64,000 nt of DNA from Ptychomitrium polyphyllum. Taxonomy: Eukaryota. Where the stretch lies: positions 7,254,001 to 7,318,000 of the forward strand of contig OZ316775.1 of assembly GCA_973851085.1 (NCBI GenBank), written 5' to 3'. Of this stretch, positions 24,897 through 38,900 are shown piece by piece. Under the pieces are notes generated by a model that was not told the DNA's origin, did no database searches, and saw nothing but the letters and a program-made list of their open reading frames with translations. How positions within the stretch are numbered: the stretch's first letter is position 1; each line of letters opens with the position of its first letter. The translations under genes were made by a program, and so were the position numbers.

Positions 24897-25530
24897 TTAT
24901 GTGAAACTTGCAGGGGTAGGATCAATCTGCCCGTGCTGCGGATGTCGATCGGGTTTTGCTGGAGGATGGAGTGTGGGGAATTGTATCGAAGAATGCAAAT
25001 GCTCGTTTTTAGGGTTGTGGGCTCTGTTCGAGGGGGACAAGCGATTTGGAATTCAGTTTGAGAAGGGGTATTCGAAGAAGGTTTGACAGATTCATGCTGT
25101 CAGATCATTCATGGAGCTCTGGTACTGAATAGTTGGAAGAAGATTAGCCTCGTTGGGAAGCACTGCTAGACCCTGGACTTAATGGTGCTTGGTTACGTGC
25201 AACTCAAAATTCACCTCAGGGTTTTGGATGTCCACATATAACCTCGCCGACTGCAGTTTTCTAGGAAGAGTCGGTGCAGGGTTTGTTTAGCTCATTCAGC
25301 ACTGCTGATTCGATATTACGTCACGATCATAAGTTGGCCGTGAATTCAAAGGTTTTGGATTGTAGCGCTGGTTCGAGTAGTGAGGTGCTCCAGGTTGATC
25401 GAGGAATGGCCGAACCTCCAAAGCACTTGGATCTTTAGTGCTATTTGAGGCCCGTCGTAGACATTATGGAACGCCGGATGCATTAATGGATTGATTATTG
25501 TGCATTGAGCACCACAATATCAGGTTAAAC

Positions 25531-28500
25531 ATGGAGACACTGAAAGATTTGATTGAGGAGGCTAAGCGACGGACGATTCTGGTGGCAATTTTGGTGCTCA
25601 TCGTTGCTTATATCATGTCATGTATGTCCACTCTCCATTCAACATGTGATTATTCATGAAGGGTCATTTCCATGCACTTGGTCGTACCTCCTCTTATAGA
25701 AAAATGTTAACTCCCTCAGCAGAAACTTGAATTAGGTCACGACCAGTATCGAATTTGTTCCTGAAAATCGAATTGTTATACCACTACACGGTAACTTGTA
25801 TTCGGAACGAGAGTCCCGATTGAGCAGGGTTGTTGGTGATCGCCTCATGAAAACGGTTTCAGTAATTCTGGTTACTAGGTCTGCTAAACTGCTGTTACGT
25901 CTAACTGCTCTATGGTATGGACTGAGAGTCTTGTGTAAACCATGGTTTTATTCGGGTATTTTGTGATGACTTTCACTTTCTGCATGTAATGTACGTCATG
26001 CATCTATGGGTTTATTATGCAGTAACTAGCAGTTCAGTATGGATCAATCTGCCGGTTTCAATTGTCGTCTTAGCTGCCTTACGACGACTTTCCTTCGAGG
26101 TCGAGTTTCGCTGGAGGCCTCGGACAAACGAGGATCGGCCTCAGTACCCATTGCACCAGAACCGCCGTCAGCTTACCAATTATGATCCTCTTCTCTCTGG
26201 ACTTCCGTGCCAAGTAGCTGTGACCAGGTGAGTTGTGTGATATTTGAGATTTCTTGGCTATCGAGTGTTTAAATAGCTAGTCATCTGACCACATTCGTAC
26301 TATGCAAAGAGGGATTGCTTGCAGAGATGAGTATTTCATTACCGTTTTCTTTGATGCTGGTGAACTGGACGACTGTCATGAACTACTCTGTTTTTGGGCC
26401 ATTGCATTTTTGATAGAACTCTGCAAGGGTTGGCAAAGCTGGTGTCGTTCGTGAGCTAAGGTACTTGTTTTGCGATTGCATAAAGATTTTTAATCATTGC
26501 TCACACTAGCAGATGGCGCCGCATCATTGACTCACCTATGGTAGAGGACGCAGTGGATGAACTTACGAGGAGTGTAATTGATGAGTTTGTTACCGGTCTC
26601 TGGTATTCCTCCATTACTCCTGACCAAGAAGCTCCTGAAGAACTTCGGATTCTTCTCAATGGCGTGATCGCCGAGGTTGCTTATCGTGCTAAACGTATCA
26701 ATCTGATCACCCTTCTGTCAAAGTACGCTTCCGTCAACCATCTATTCTGTGCAGTGGTGTGGAATTTAACCATTGATAGGCAATGCCTAAAGATTTTACT
26801 GCGGCTAATATTGCAATTATCTAAGGATGTTTCTGGCAGTAAATCATTTGTCCACATCGTGATGCAGAGACATAGTGGACCTAGTGGGAAGTCATTTTGA
26901 GCTCTTTCGGCAAATGAAGGCCAAGATTGGTCCTGATATAATTGGATCAATGTCCATTGACGAGAGAGATGAGAAGTTGAAATATGCCATGATGACCTCA
27001 CGCAAGTTGCACCCAGCGCTTATTTCACCTGAAGCCGAATACAAGGTGGGTATATAGGGATGCTTTTCCGCAGATTTCTAGTGAAGAAGAAATTTTAATC
27101 GAGGCTCACATACTTGAATAATTGCAACGTTAGCCGCAGTAAAATCTGAATTGAAAAGCACAGTCAGTTCGCTGAACAGCTATCTCATGTCAATATCTCA
27201 TATTGTTGGATGACTCTTTCTGCTTGTTCATTTTATTTGTAGACGCCTTAGCTTCGTAGGACTGTTTTCGTTATTATTCAAGGGAGTAGTACTTGCTGCT
27301 GAACACTTTGTATGTGCAGGTTTTGAAGAAGCTCACTGGAGGAGTAGTTGCGTTGGTGCTGAAACGACAGGATTCACACTGTCGCCTTTTAAGAACTTTA
27401 GCTCGGGAGTTGTTGGCTTGTGCTGTGCTGCGGCCTGTCCTGAATTTTGCGAGTCCTGGGTACGTGTCCTGCAGGGTCGGGATGCTATTTACCAACTAAT
27501 TGCACTGCGTTGTATAGGTTTGCGTGTGGATAAATTTTCTATAAGGATCATTGCGTCGTTGTGCTCTTTTTTGAGTCGGAATTGTTCTTTGTATCACTTT
27601 TGACTTTTGGCTTTGTCCAAAGAGTATCATATTCATAACTCAATGAAATTTGAGGTTCGTTATAATATTGTCTATATCGATTTCTACAGAATTTGAGGAC
27701 AGCAACCTGTGTGTGTTGGTTGCTGCAGGTATATCAATGAACTTATTGAATCTCTTGCAAGAGCCTCGACTGAAAAGGAACGTCAGCGCAATGAAAAGGC
27801 AGAGGAATTAGCACGTCAGCGTATTCCCGACCCTATGCCTCAGAAGAAACCTTCCTCGTCTGGGGTTGAAATGACGTCCCTGGGCCCCTTAGTACCTAGA
27901 AAAGTAGCACCAGGCATCAACTCCTTGCAGAAAAGTAATGAGAATTGTTCTAAGACAGTAGGAGGTGTTGGGACCTCTACTCGAAGGCAGCCATCACATG
28001 ATACGAAATCTGTGAAAAAGGTAACGTCTACGCTCTCTAGATATGCTGGTGCGTCCAATGAAATCGTGTGAGTTGTGATTTGGGAACTGATTTGCTGACG
28101 AGTAGTGCTCTTAAATTTCCAGTGTATGTTTTGGGAGAAGAGGGGCTTGCTAAGTTTGTATTTAAACATTTGTTGCACACATACCAGGTAAAAGGTACTG
28201 AACAAGTAGTTCCTGATATTATTAAAGAAGTGGGAGCAATCCCTACTGGCGGCTGGGCTCAGGTATTCTACGCTTGCAATTGATGAATTCTTTGAGAATC
28301 CGTGAACATTTACAGGTTTTATATTCTCGTTGTTGTTGATAGTCCTATTTATCTGTAAGGAGATTTTGGGGTGTGCTGTATAGGGATATTCAAGGCGACA
28401 TGTTCTGGCAATTGAGCATTTTTTTCTAATAGGAATCCTCGTTACGTTCTGTCATGGCAGGCTCTCGAGGAACATACTCAAAGGCGAGCTCAAGCTCTAG

Positions 28501-31500
28501 CTCCAGAGCATCTGGACAACGTGTGGGCTAAAGGTCGAAATTATAAAAGGCGAGAAAGTGAAAAGAGTGCTACACCTGCCAGCCCAACTCCAGTAACAAA
28601 AGACCTTGTCAATAATCTAGTTTCTCCCAAGACAGTAGCAGTAGATATGTCACCTGAGGTAATTTTCGGCCAGGAAGGAGAATTAACAAGTGGAGAACTT
28701 TCAAAGGAATCGACTACTTCTATTATACCTGTAAAAGCTGATGATGACTATTCAGACGCCCCGTCACTGCCAAACAAGGACAAGAGTGCTATTTCGGAGC
28801 AGTATGAAGCACTCTTGTTTGGAGATTCAAAAGCTGGGGAAGAGCACTTACCTGGGATAGGGTTCTCTCCTTTGGGAAGTCCCCGTCCAAATCTACTGTC
28901 CTTGGAGAATCCGACAAGTAATTTACAGCCTAGAAATATTCTAGATCCGAAATTGTCAAGAACTGATAGTAACGAGAACTTGTTGGGCTCTAGTGCAACC
29001 AGTCAATCGACGACAGAGACTCGTGGGTTGTCACCAAGTAGATTCAGGTATCATCACAAGTCAGGTACATCGTCGCAGAGGTTGAAGAGAGCTGTGCGAC
29101 TATTATCCCATCGTAAATCTAAAAGTAGTGGAGGGGCATTGGATGGTTGGAATTTGGATGTCGGGTCATCGTCGCAAGGCCTGACGTCCATGCTGAATGC
29201 TGGGGAGATTTCTCCAGTTACAAGTCCTGCTTCGGAATCACGCTGGAGGAGCATAAGGAAGTCTCATTCACCGGGTGTGTCTCTAGCCCCAGTGGAGGTT
29301 GATGTTACTGAGATTACGGAGCACACACAGTCGACCATGCTGGATTGTCGGGTAAGTTCCAAATAGTTCATATTCCTGTGAGTCATTATATCATACACAT
29401 TAGAGAAGCTTTACTAGTGGAGCACGCAACATATGTGAAGAGAAAATGGAATTCTATGTATGGTTTGACTCATACAACACTTGGACTTACGGATCCTTAG
29501 AATCTACTTGACAGGCCTTAATAGGCCCTCGGGTTTCAAGAAGATTTGATGCCTTTTCATCATGAAATAAGGCTCATCAGCACCAATTATGTAAATTTTT
29601 TAGTTGGTTGTCGTTTATGAGCAGGATGATTTGTTGTACTCAATTCATTCTTGGGGTATTGTGTAGGTAATCGGGGCTCATTTTGAGAGAATTGGATCAA
29701 GACCCTTTGCAGTATACACGATACGAGTCCAAGATACTGAACAACGCACCTGGCGAATTCAACGAAGGTACATTTCGGGACAAGCGAGTTTCTCGGAGGG
29801 CTTATAGTTTCTTTAATGGAGATCATGAATTTCAGTGTTTTAGATGCTGTTTTGCTGATATCGATTGGAGCAAAGCACTGAGTGTATGTTCAGGACAGGG
29901 CGTATGTGTGGTCTGCATTGGTTATGGGCATAAACCATTCACTAAGCTTTGCAAATCATTAAAAAGAAACAATGACTGGTTATTGTTCCTTGATTCTTAC
30001 AAAAGCATACCGTAGAGTGCAATTGGTTGGTGTAGGGTGGTCCCACTTCAGGATAGTAGAATGCTCTGGGTTGCAAATTCTTGACCTGAATTTCTTTTTG
30101 GTACAGGTTTCGAAATTTTGAACAATTACATAGGCGTTTGAAGGATGTGCCATACTATAATCTCAGCCTACCTCCAAAGCGCTTCCTTTCTTCAAGCCTT
30201 GACAACAATTTTGTCCGCGAGCGCTGTATCCTCCTTAACAAGTATTTGAAAGTAATTCAACTACTGTTTTCATTTATGTACTAACGCAAAAACTTCATGA
30301 ATGATTCTTGTACATCGAAGTAAAGTATACTCTTTCTGTCCTGAATCACTGAATTTCTGCCCTTTTCCCACATATGTTGGCTTTGATTTATAACATTTTC
30401 TGTATGTCTTGATATGTGGAGTGAATGTTTCATGTCTCATATTTCACATTTTCATTGCCTGTAGGATTTATTGGCGATACCAAGTGTTGCTGAGCTGCAT
30501 GAAGTTTGGGATTTCTTGAGTGTGAACTCCCAGGTTGTTCATCACTTTCAAAGAAAGAAAAGATCATCTTAAGATTTTTTTCGGCATGTTCTTTTTCTGA
30601 TCTTTATTTTAATCAAAGAGGTCTATATTTGTACATTTGTTTTTACCTGCCACGTCATTATGTTTAAATTTGAAGCTGTCTATGACTTCAACTGTAGGTT
30701 GAGCTTTATTCAAAAAACAAAAAGCGGTATTTTTGGTTGAAGTGGTTCCACGTCAACAGCATGGCTGTGTCTTCCCATTATGACCAGAATCGTAACAGAA
30801 GCTCAGTATGTGAGACTCACTGTTGGAACTGGCAAAATCAGTGCTGATGTAGTGATCGTGAACTCATGTAGTTACGGTCACTCATGCTGTTGATTGTTAT
30901 CTACTGTGTCGGAGCATGTCCCTTGATGTGTGCTATAGGTCTTTCTTGCTAGAATTTTTGATGAATTGAAGCTTTACTGTTCTTCCAATATGTTTATCTT
31001 TTGTCAGTAATTGAGAATACTCTCATATTTAGTGTTTCAGTCATCTTGGTTTTTCCATTTTTTGAGTACCTCATATCATGTGATACAAAATGCAATAAAT
31101 ACCTGTCAACCGTTTCATTAAAACAATTAAACATATGCTATCCTAAACTTGGTGTGTGTTCTTATCCCCAGCACTACACGAATGGCAATTCAGTCTCCAT
31201 GATGAGGACATTAGCAGGTAAACTGAAAAGCCGGTTTGCTTGTTTTCTTTAGGTTGGGTTCTTTCATATACGTCATGGTAAGCATTCATAAGAACAATTC
31301 ATTCACAAAAGCATACTTGTTGGTTTTCAGTGAATGTAGATGATGCAGTGGACGACATGTTTCGCCAGATTCGTGGAGTGTCAGATGACATATCTGGGGC
31401 TTTGAAATCTGCAACGACTGGAATACGGCACAGATTTCCTTCTAGTGGTGGATATTTGAGTGACGGAGCTGCCTTTAGCTCCACTGAAGACCAACCAGCA

Positions 31501-33485
31501 TTTACATCTCGAGGTTTGGCACCAAGATTCCCTGCTCCCTTAACAACACCATACAGTCCCCTAACAGACAGTGAGCTAAGCGAAAGGCTTGCAGGAGCCT
31601 CAGTTTCAGAAGACGAGTATGGGGGAACCTTTGGAGGAAACCTGTATGGATTGGGATCTCGTGGGTGGCAATCAGATAGCGATGTACATTTGTACCCCTC
31701 TGACACTGAACCATTGAAGTCTGGAGGGCACCCTTTTGTGTCTAGCTTAGATTTAGCTCAAAGCCGCTTTCTTGGCAGCCGAATGGAGGGGACATTTTCA
31801 GATGGGCACTCGCCAGTTGAATCATATGCTTCTGAAACAGTTACAGATGTTATGGCGATTCCTCATGAGGTATTTTGTTATTGCTGTAACTACACCTCGG
31901 CTGAGAAATTGCGCAATGTTTTACCCTTTTTTCGAAATTTCTAATTTGCAGTTCCCTTCTCTTCTTTTCGTTCCATCACCAACATTAGAATTTTATGTTT
32001 AAGTAGTTTTTTGCTTTATGAAGATATGGTGTGCTCGATGTTTCCAATAACAATGTAAGCTTTGCAGTGGACTCCACCGAAAGTGAGTGTGCCACTTCTC
32101 AATTTGATTGATCTTATTTTCCAGCTTCAAGGCCGGGGTTGGATCAGGTACTCGCACTAATCCATAGCTCCCATTTCCACTAAAAACGCACGTGGGGTAT
32201 AAAAATTGCACATTGTACTGAAATGTTTTTTTAAAGTTTAAGCTAAAAATTGTGAAGGCTAGGTGATTGCCTACCTCTTCCCATGCATTTTTTTGAGATT
32301 TGGGCTGTAATTCATTAAAAAAAATTAGTTTGCTTTATAATGTTAGAATATTGATTTCACATTGTGCATGCACTTTCAAATGAACTGGTTTTAATACCTT
32401 GTCATTCAATTTCGTTATTCCGCTGTCCGATGCTACCTATGAATTTTTTACCGACAAGTTGCTGTGGATTGATTTGCAGGCGACAAGTTCTGTGGATTGC
32501 GAAACAGATTCTGCAGTTAGGAATGGGTGATGCCATAGATGATTGGCTGTTGGGTAGAATACAATGGTTGCGCAGAGAGGAGGTGGTAGCATCAGGGATA
32601 CATTGGGTGAAAGACGTGAGTCCTCGTCTCTATACCTTAAACCTTACCCTAAACCGCATGATTTTATTCTTCTGACTTTATTCAACGTACACAAATGGAT
32701 GATACACAGACCAGACGTTAAGAGAAATCTCCAATCATGTTTCTACTGCAGATGCTTTGGCCAGATGGTATTTTTGTTACAAAACATCCAAAAAACCTAC
32801 CAGAAGCTAGTGCGATAATCCTAGAAAGCACAGGATTTGCGGTTGCAGAGGATGATCAACCAAGGCAACAACGACGTCCACCTCTGAATTCTTTTGAGTA
32901 TCGACTTGAGGCAGCAAGACGAGCCGGAGTCGTACGCGAGATCATTCTAGGCAAGTTAAATCACTTGTCAATAATAAGGGCATAAGCATCTTTGGATTGA
33001 AAGATTACCTGTTGATCACTGCTGAAAGTGGCTGACAGCGTGAATGGTTCATACAAAAATCTCGTCGAACTTCCCAGCGTGTGCTCACTGTTTTACATAT
33101 TTCTGCAGAAAAGGCGCCTACTGCAGCAGTGAATCTTATTGGCAGGAAGCAGTACGCGAGATGTGCAAAAGACATTTATTACTTTTCTCAGGTGCGTGCT
33201 TTTCAACCGTCAAATGTTCCACTTTTATTCTTCTATTGCTGAACTCGTAGAGTGCTTAATTGCTTCAGAACTCTTTGAATACTATTGTTACCTCAAACTG
33301 AAGCCATTCGCCAACAAGTTCTGACCAAAGTTACATACTAATGTTAAAATTTGCGGGATGTGGTGGTTTCGCAGTCTACTGTGTGTATGAAGCAGCTGAC
33401 TTACAGCCTCTTAGAGATGCTTCTGGCGAATGCGTTCCCCGAACTTCACGACTTGATTGTTGATGTCCGTAGTAGTGTTACTTAA
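25531..33485 (+). CDS. PXA-PX-PXC (Nexin_C) domain protein, plant SNX13/14/Mdm1-like sorting nexin; multi-exon
   Basis: N-terminal hydrophobic segments METLKDLIEEAKRRTILVAIL...SSSVWINLP. PXA: DEFVTGLWYSSITPDQEAPEE...ARELLACAVLRPVLNFASP. PX: FAVYTIRV...RRFRNFEQLHRRLKDVPYYNLSLPPKR...VWDFLS. C-terminal: WIRRQVLWIAKQILQLGMGDAIDDWL...LWPDG...LLEMLLANAFPEL. Stop TAA at 33483-33485. Confidence 0.92.
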
Positions 33486-33663
33486 TCCTCCAATTCAGAA
33501 TCAATTTCTGACAACTCGTGCACTCTTTTCTAGTTTTTTCATCTTTGGTTTGACCGGAAGTCCTAAATTACAGGTTGTGTGTTCAAGCGCATCATTCAGT
33601 GTCTCAGCTGCAAGAAGCTGAATAGTAGTTGGGTCATTTCCCTTTCAAGGGTTGTAATTTATA

Positions 33664-33702
33664 CATTCATTCATTCATTCATTCATTCATTCATTCATTC
33701 AT
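33664..33702. repeat. (CATT)n microsatellite
   Basis: About 9 perfect CATT units downstream of the PX gene stop. Confidence 0.9.
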
Positions 33703-35978
33703 GACATTTCAAAACAATAATTAAATTGGCTGTTATTATGGTAAGTACATGGTATTTTTAGCTGTTGAACTTAAGCCTATGCAGTTAAACAAATCTCTCT
33801 TATTCCTACAACTTTGTGAATTTCAAAGCTGCACTGACCACTGAAAGCATATGGAGAGGTTTTTGTTTCACCCAATAGTTTCAGGAATCATTTGTTTGGA
33901 AATACTCGGCGACGTTCATGCAGCCCTGTGTGTACATCACATACTACATTCCTGTGCACAGTTGTGCAACTACCGGTGCTCTATTTCATTCTCTCATTTT
34001 TTCTTTTACTTCGCAACATATCGTTCGTTCTCTTCTTTTTTCCAATCTTGGAAACAAGTCCTAAGAGGTTCTTCTCTTCTATTTAAATTCACAAATAGAT
34101 TTAGGAACCTACCGTATAGGTTAATGTAGGGAGGTACGAATACAAATCCCTTTACCAGGAATGCAGTAGCAAAGGTTTGAATACAAAGGCCACTTCCTTT
34201 TAAATTATTGTACAATAGTGGGAGGGGCGGTCCAAACGGTCATATCTCTACCCGAGGATTCATTGTTAGTATTTGACAAGTCGATCATAACAGCGTCCTA
34301 ATCCTGGAGCAGGAATAATTGCACACAATCAGTGTACTTTAGGGGCACAGCCAAACATGAGTACACAGAAAGTAATCAGGTTTACTGGATTCAACAAAGT
34401 TGATTGATAACTTTTTTCAACCGATACTTTTATTTATTTTTAAAAATGAACTTTTACAAAATTTAGCAGAATCCATCACAGTCATACAAGTTAGGATACT
34501 CAAAACTCAAGTTATACGCAAACTATCATAAATCATCATATCAAACAAATCACACCGTAATAGAACATAAATTTGAAACATTCAAAACCTGTGTTTAATT
34601 TTTACTTTGAATTCTCAATCATAAAAATAAATTTTAATTGCACTATTATTAAAATTCGAGTAACAAGATTTGTTGGGACAGAGATTGGAATTTGTTTACT
34701 GAATTTGCACGAAGTGCATCTTTGGATGCTTGAAATTTTTCCTAGTTATTCAAAGAGATTTAAATCGGCAAAAATGTAAAATCATATTTTAATATCAAAA
34801 CATTATGGTCATCCAATTTATGTGGCTACTACAAGATTGTATGATTGAAATTTTTACACCTATGATACTTCTAAAGTAATAATTATTTTAGACTAAAAAA
34901 TCCTAATCCTTTTAAGGGTCAAAAAACATGATCACAAATTATGCCACAAGTTAGAACTTATTCTACAGTAATTAATCCAAAAGATATACATTCAAATGAA
35001 TAAAATCATCAAAAAGCATAGAAAAGTGCATATGGGCCCTTTTTGTGTTTAACTGTGAGTATCAGTCCCATTTCTCTGGCAACTCATCTACCCACATTGT
35101 AACCTTCTGTACCTGAATTAGTCTAGAAAGAATTTGCTCTCGCCTGCCCTGTCAACTCCTCCTCACACTAGCTGCATGAGCCACATCACTGCTCTCAATT
35201 GCACACCCACCCATCATCACAAAGGACAATTCAAAACCAGTGCTCGACTGAACACCATATGAAGTGCACAGGGAACATGAGAAAATATAGCCTAGATCCC
35301 CAACACATTGCAAAGCCAGACGTGCATGCTACACAATGTATGTAACCCCTGCTGATCACCGCGACGGTGGACTCAGTATCTTTCATTGTACAGTGACAGA
35401 CACTCCCAGCTAGTGTACTGTTCTCTCCACTGGGGAGAACATGTCACATAGTGTGGCTCTACTGCGAGAGCTTAGTATGACACAACTGATCACATGTTCA
35501 AATTAATGTGAGCCACTCATAATGGGGAGAATGGTGCAAAACGCTGAAAGCTCAAAACCGACAGCACAATATTCCACTCCGAGACGGCCCAACGCGCACT
35601 ACAACACACGCACACCAGCGATCATACATGAGCAAAGAGAGAGACGACGTGGTTGCCGGCACCATGGTCTCCACAGCCTGCTAATCGCAGCCGCTGCATG
35701 GAAAGTTGGACGTGGCCAGTGTGCGGCGGAGATCAGTTTGCAGAGCACGCGTGGAGGTGAGGGTGGGCGACTGGGGGGCGGCGACCACGGGAAGTCAACG
35801 AGACCCCAGTGGAAGTGCAATGAGGGGAGGGCAGAGGGTTCGCATGGTGCGGACTTGCAGAGCAAATCTGGGTTAGGATTAGGGTTTCGCCATAGCCGGG
35901 GGAGGGTGGAGCTCGGAGGGAAGCGATGCAGCGGGATTGAGGTGGTGAGAGGATTTGTTGTGGGGAGAGGGCGTGACG

Positions 35979-38900
35979 ATGGACCATGTGTTTGCAGGGA
36001 TTCGGTTGGAGCTCGCATCCAACGACGGGGTGCGGCAAGCGAACGCGCTGCTGCTGGCGCTTCAGCACGCGGCGTCTGGGAAGGACATCTCGTCGATAGC
36101 GAGCGCGGCGTGCGATGAGATAATTGCCAGCCCTGCTAGCGCGGTGTGCAAGAAGCTGGCGTTCGACTTGGTTCGGTGCACGCGCCTGACGGCAGACCAG
36201 TGGGAGGTTGTGTGTCGCGGCATTCGCACCGATTTTGATTTTCCGGATTCGGACGTTACGGCCGCGGCTGTGTCCTTCATCTCCGCCATTCCGTCGTGGA
36301 GGCTCGGGAATTTCATCATCGACTGCAGCAAGCAGGTGTCAGATTGTATTGCGAGTGACAACCCTAACCTGCGGTATGCCATCATTGAGACGCTTGGGTG
36401 CTTGCTTGCGCGTGACGATGTTGTCAACCTCTGCGTCTCCAGCGCTCCGTTACTGGAGCGAGTGTCTACATGGTGGCGCCAAATTGGGGAGAGCATGTTG
36501 CATCCTTACGACGCCGTGGCGAGGATTGCGTACGAGGGCGTCGGGCGTCTGTTCCTGGAGTTCAGTACCAAGCGGATGAGTCGACTGGCGGGTGACAAGC
36601 TGGTGCCTACCGAGGATGCCATAGCAATTCGCTCGGGCTGGGTTGCGGCCATGTGCAGGTTTGTGTGGGACTCCGCCGATTTGTTGAGAGCCCGTGCCAA
36701 GGTTTTGACCCTCGAAAGCTTTCGGTCTTCCGTCTATCCGCTTGTTTTCTCAGCGAAAGCCGTGGCCACTGGGATGGTGGAGGAGATGGAGGTATGTCTC
36801 CTGTTTCCTCATCGTAGTGTAGATAGTCTCATTCTTTTATATCATCTCTTGGGCAGTAACGATTTCATAGGCAGATCACTTACCACTAAATTGATGCTTT
36901 CCTGTGTCTGTATTACTAGTTTGCCAAGTACTTAGTATGAGATTATGAAGGTAAGAATTATGACCACTTTCTTTTGGTACGAAGTAGAAAGAGTTTCAAT
37001 CAATTATGATTGATGCATGAGAATCATATGATTGTGAGTAGGAGCCGTGATGTGTAAAATATGAATGTCACGCTGCTTTACGACTCCTAATGTTTATGAA
37101 CCCGATACATATTAGCTGTTGTAGTTCAATGATAATTGCCTGACTGAGAGGTGTATCAGGATGTGGTTTCAACTCTATCGGATCTCACAGGAATAGAGAG
37201 GTTGGTCCCATAGTTTTAACTGCTCACTGTAGTGTTGTGGTGCCCTTGCAAACGATGGTCTTGTTGGTGCAGATGCTTTCAGGAAACCTTGGAAAATCGG
37301 CTGGGGCTTTGATGCACCAGAGGAGTAATGCAGAGCACATTCTTGGGATTTCGGACGTTGTTTCTCACCTTATGCCTTACCTATTCGTACTTGACCCAGC
37401 CTTGGTGTATGAGGTTAGCGTGAACCTCCTTTCGTTGGCAGATGTGCCAGGGGGAAAACCTGAGTGGGCATCAGCTCCAATCACTGCTTTACTTACTTTA
37501 TGGGATCGACAAGAGTTTAGTGCAGGACGAGAGAGTATTGTCCGTGCAGTCGTGAAGAATCTTCAGCTTTTGGATCTTCACTTGCAGGTTTGTTGTTCAC
37601 TGATTTGAGTCCACTCATTTTTTTCCCTCATGTTTTGCTTTCAATGTTCCATGACCCTTCTTCGTCTACGATTGAGGCTTCATTTGTTTATTAGATTTTG
37701 TATGTGTTATAATGCAATTTTGAGTAAAGTTCAACAAGTTTCTTATCATGCACTTTGACACAAATTCCAGGTTTCGCTCTTCAAAAGACTTCTATTGATG
37801 GTGAGGAATCTGAGAGTGGAAGCGGATCGCATGCACGCTCTTGCCTGCATCTGCCGGACGGCGCTCTGCGTGGATCTTTTTGCAAAGGAAAGTGTCAGAA
37901 GGGGTCAGAAACCGTTACAAAATACAAATATAGCTTCATTGTTTGAGGAGCAAAATCTAAGAGAGGACATGGAAAGCGCCAAGAGTGAAAGTCTTTTCCG
38001 AGAAGAGCTTGTTGCCTGTCTGGTTGAGAGCTGTTTCCAGCTTTCTGTCCCTCTCCCTCGGATAAAATCCACGGGCACTGAGAGCCGTGTGATAGGAGCC
38101 TTGACATATGGCACGGGGTCAGGAGCTATGAGCTGGACTCAATCGGCTTTAGAGGTGGTTGAGGTTTGCCGGCCTTGCATTAAGTGGGATTGCCAAGGTA
38201 CAGCACTTGTCTCCAAGTAGTCGCGGTCTCTTGATTTATTCGGGTTGGCAATCGTTATTAGAGGCCGGACTTCTATTAGTGATCAATTTGGATATATTGT
38301 GATTCCAAACCACATGTTTGTTTTTCACTTTAGACGATTTCAAACTGTTCAGTATGATGCAGCTTGAATATTTTCGTGTCGTCTGGCTACGGAGATGTTC
38401 ACAGAAGTGAATGTTCGTTTTTCTGGCAGGTCGTACTTATGCTATGGACTGCTACTTGAAGTTGCTAGTACGGTTATGCCACATCTACGATACAGTTGGA
38501 GGCGTGAAGAAAGCCAAGGATGGTGCATCCCCTGAGCAAATTGTGGCAGAAAAGAGATTGCAGGCTCTACAGCGTGGACTTGTTAAAGATCTTAGCGAGG
38601 TCAGTGCATCAAGTCGCAGGGTTGTTCCTTTCAGAGCAGACTTCATGGAAAAGTGGGCTTGGAGCTTGGGGTTAGTGTGCATATGTAGTGAGAGTAGGGA
38701 CTTCTGTTTTACCCCTCTTCTACTTAGCTTGTCATGCTAGTTTGGGTTGTGTAGCAGCAGTCAATTGTGCTGATGAAAACATTGGCAACATAAAGTTGTG
38801 CTTATTTTATTTCTGAAACCATGTTGGACTAGAGCCTTAAAAATAGTTTTTAGGGTTGCTTTCTTTGTGCAGGTCACAACTCCAAGGTTACGAGCTCGTG

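Noticed and set aside
35522..36118. 198-aa ORF overlapping the TPLATE start in another frame
   Set aside because: Low-complexity G/R-rich translation of a GC-rich promoter/5'UTR plus off-frame TPLATE. Its ATG is probably upstream of the TSS and it has no domain.
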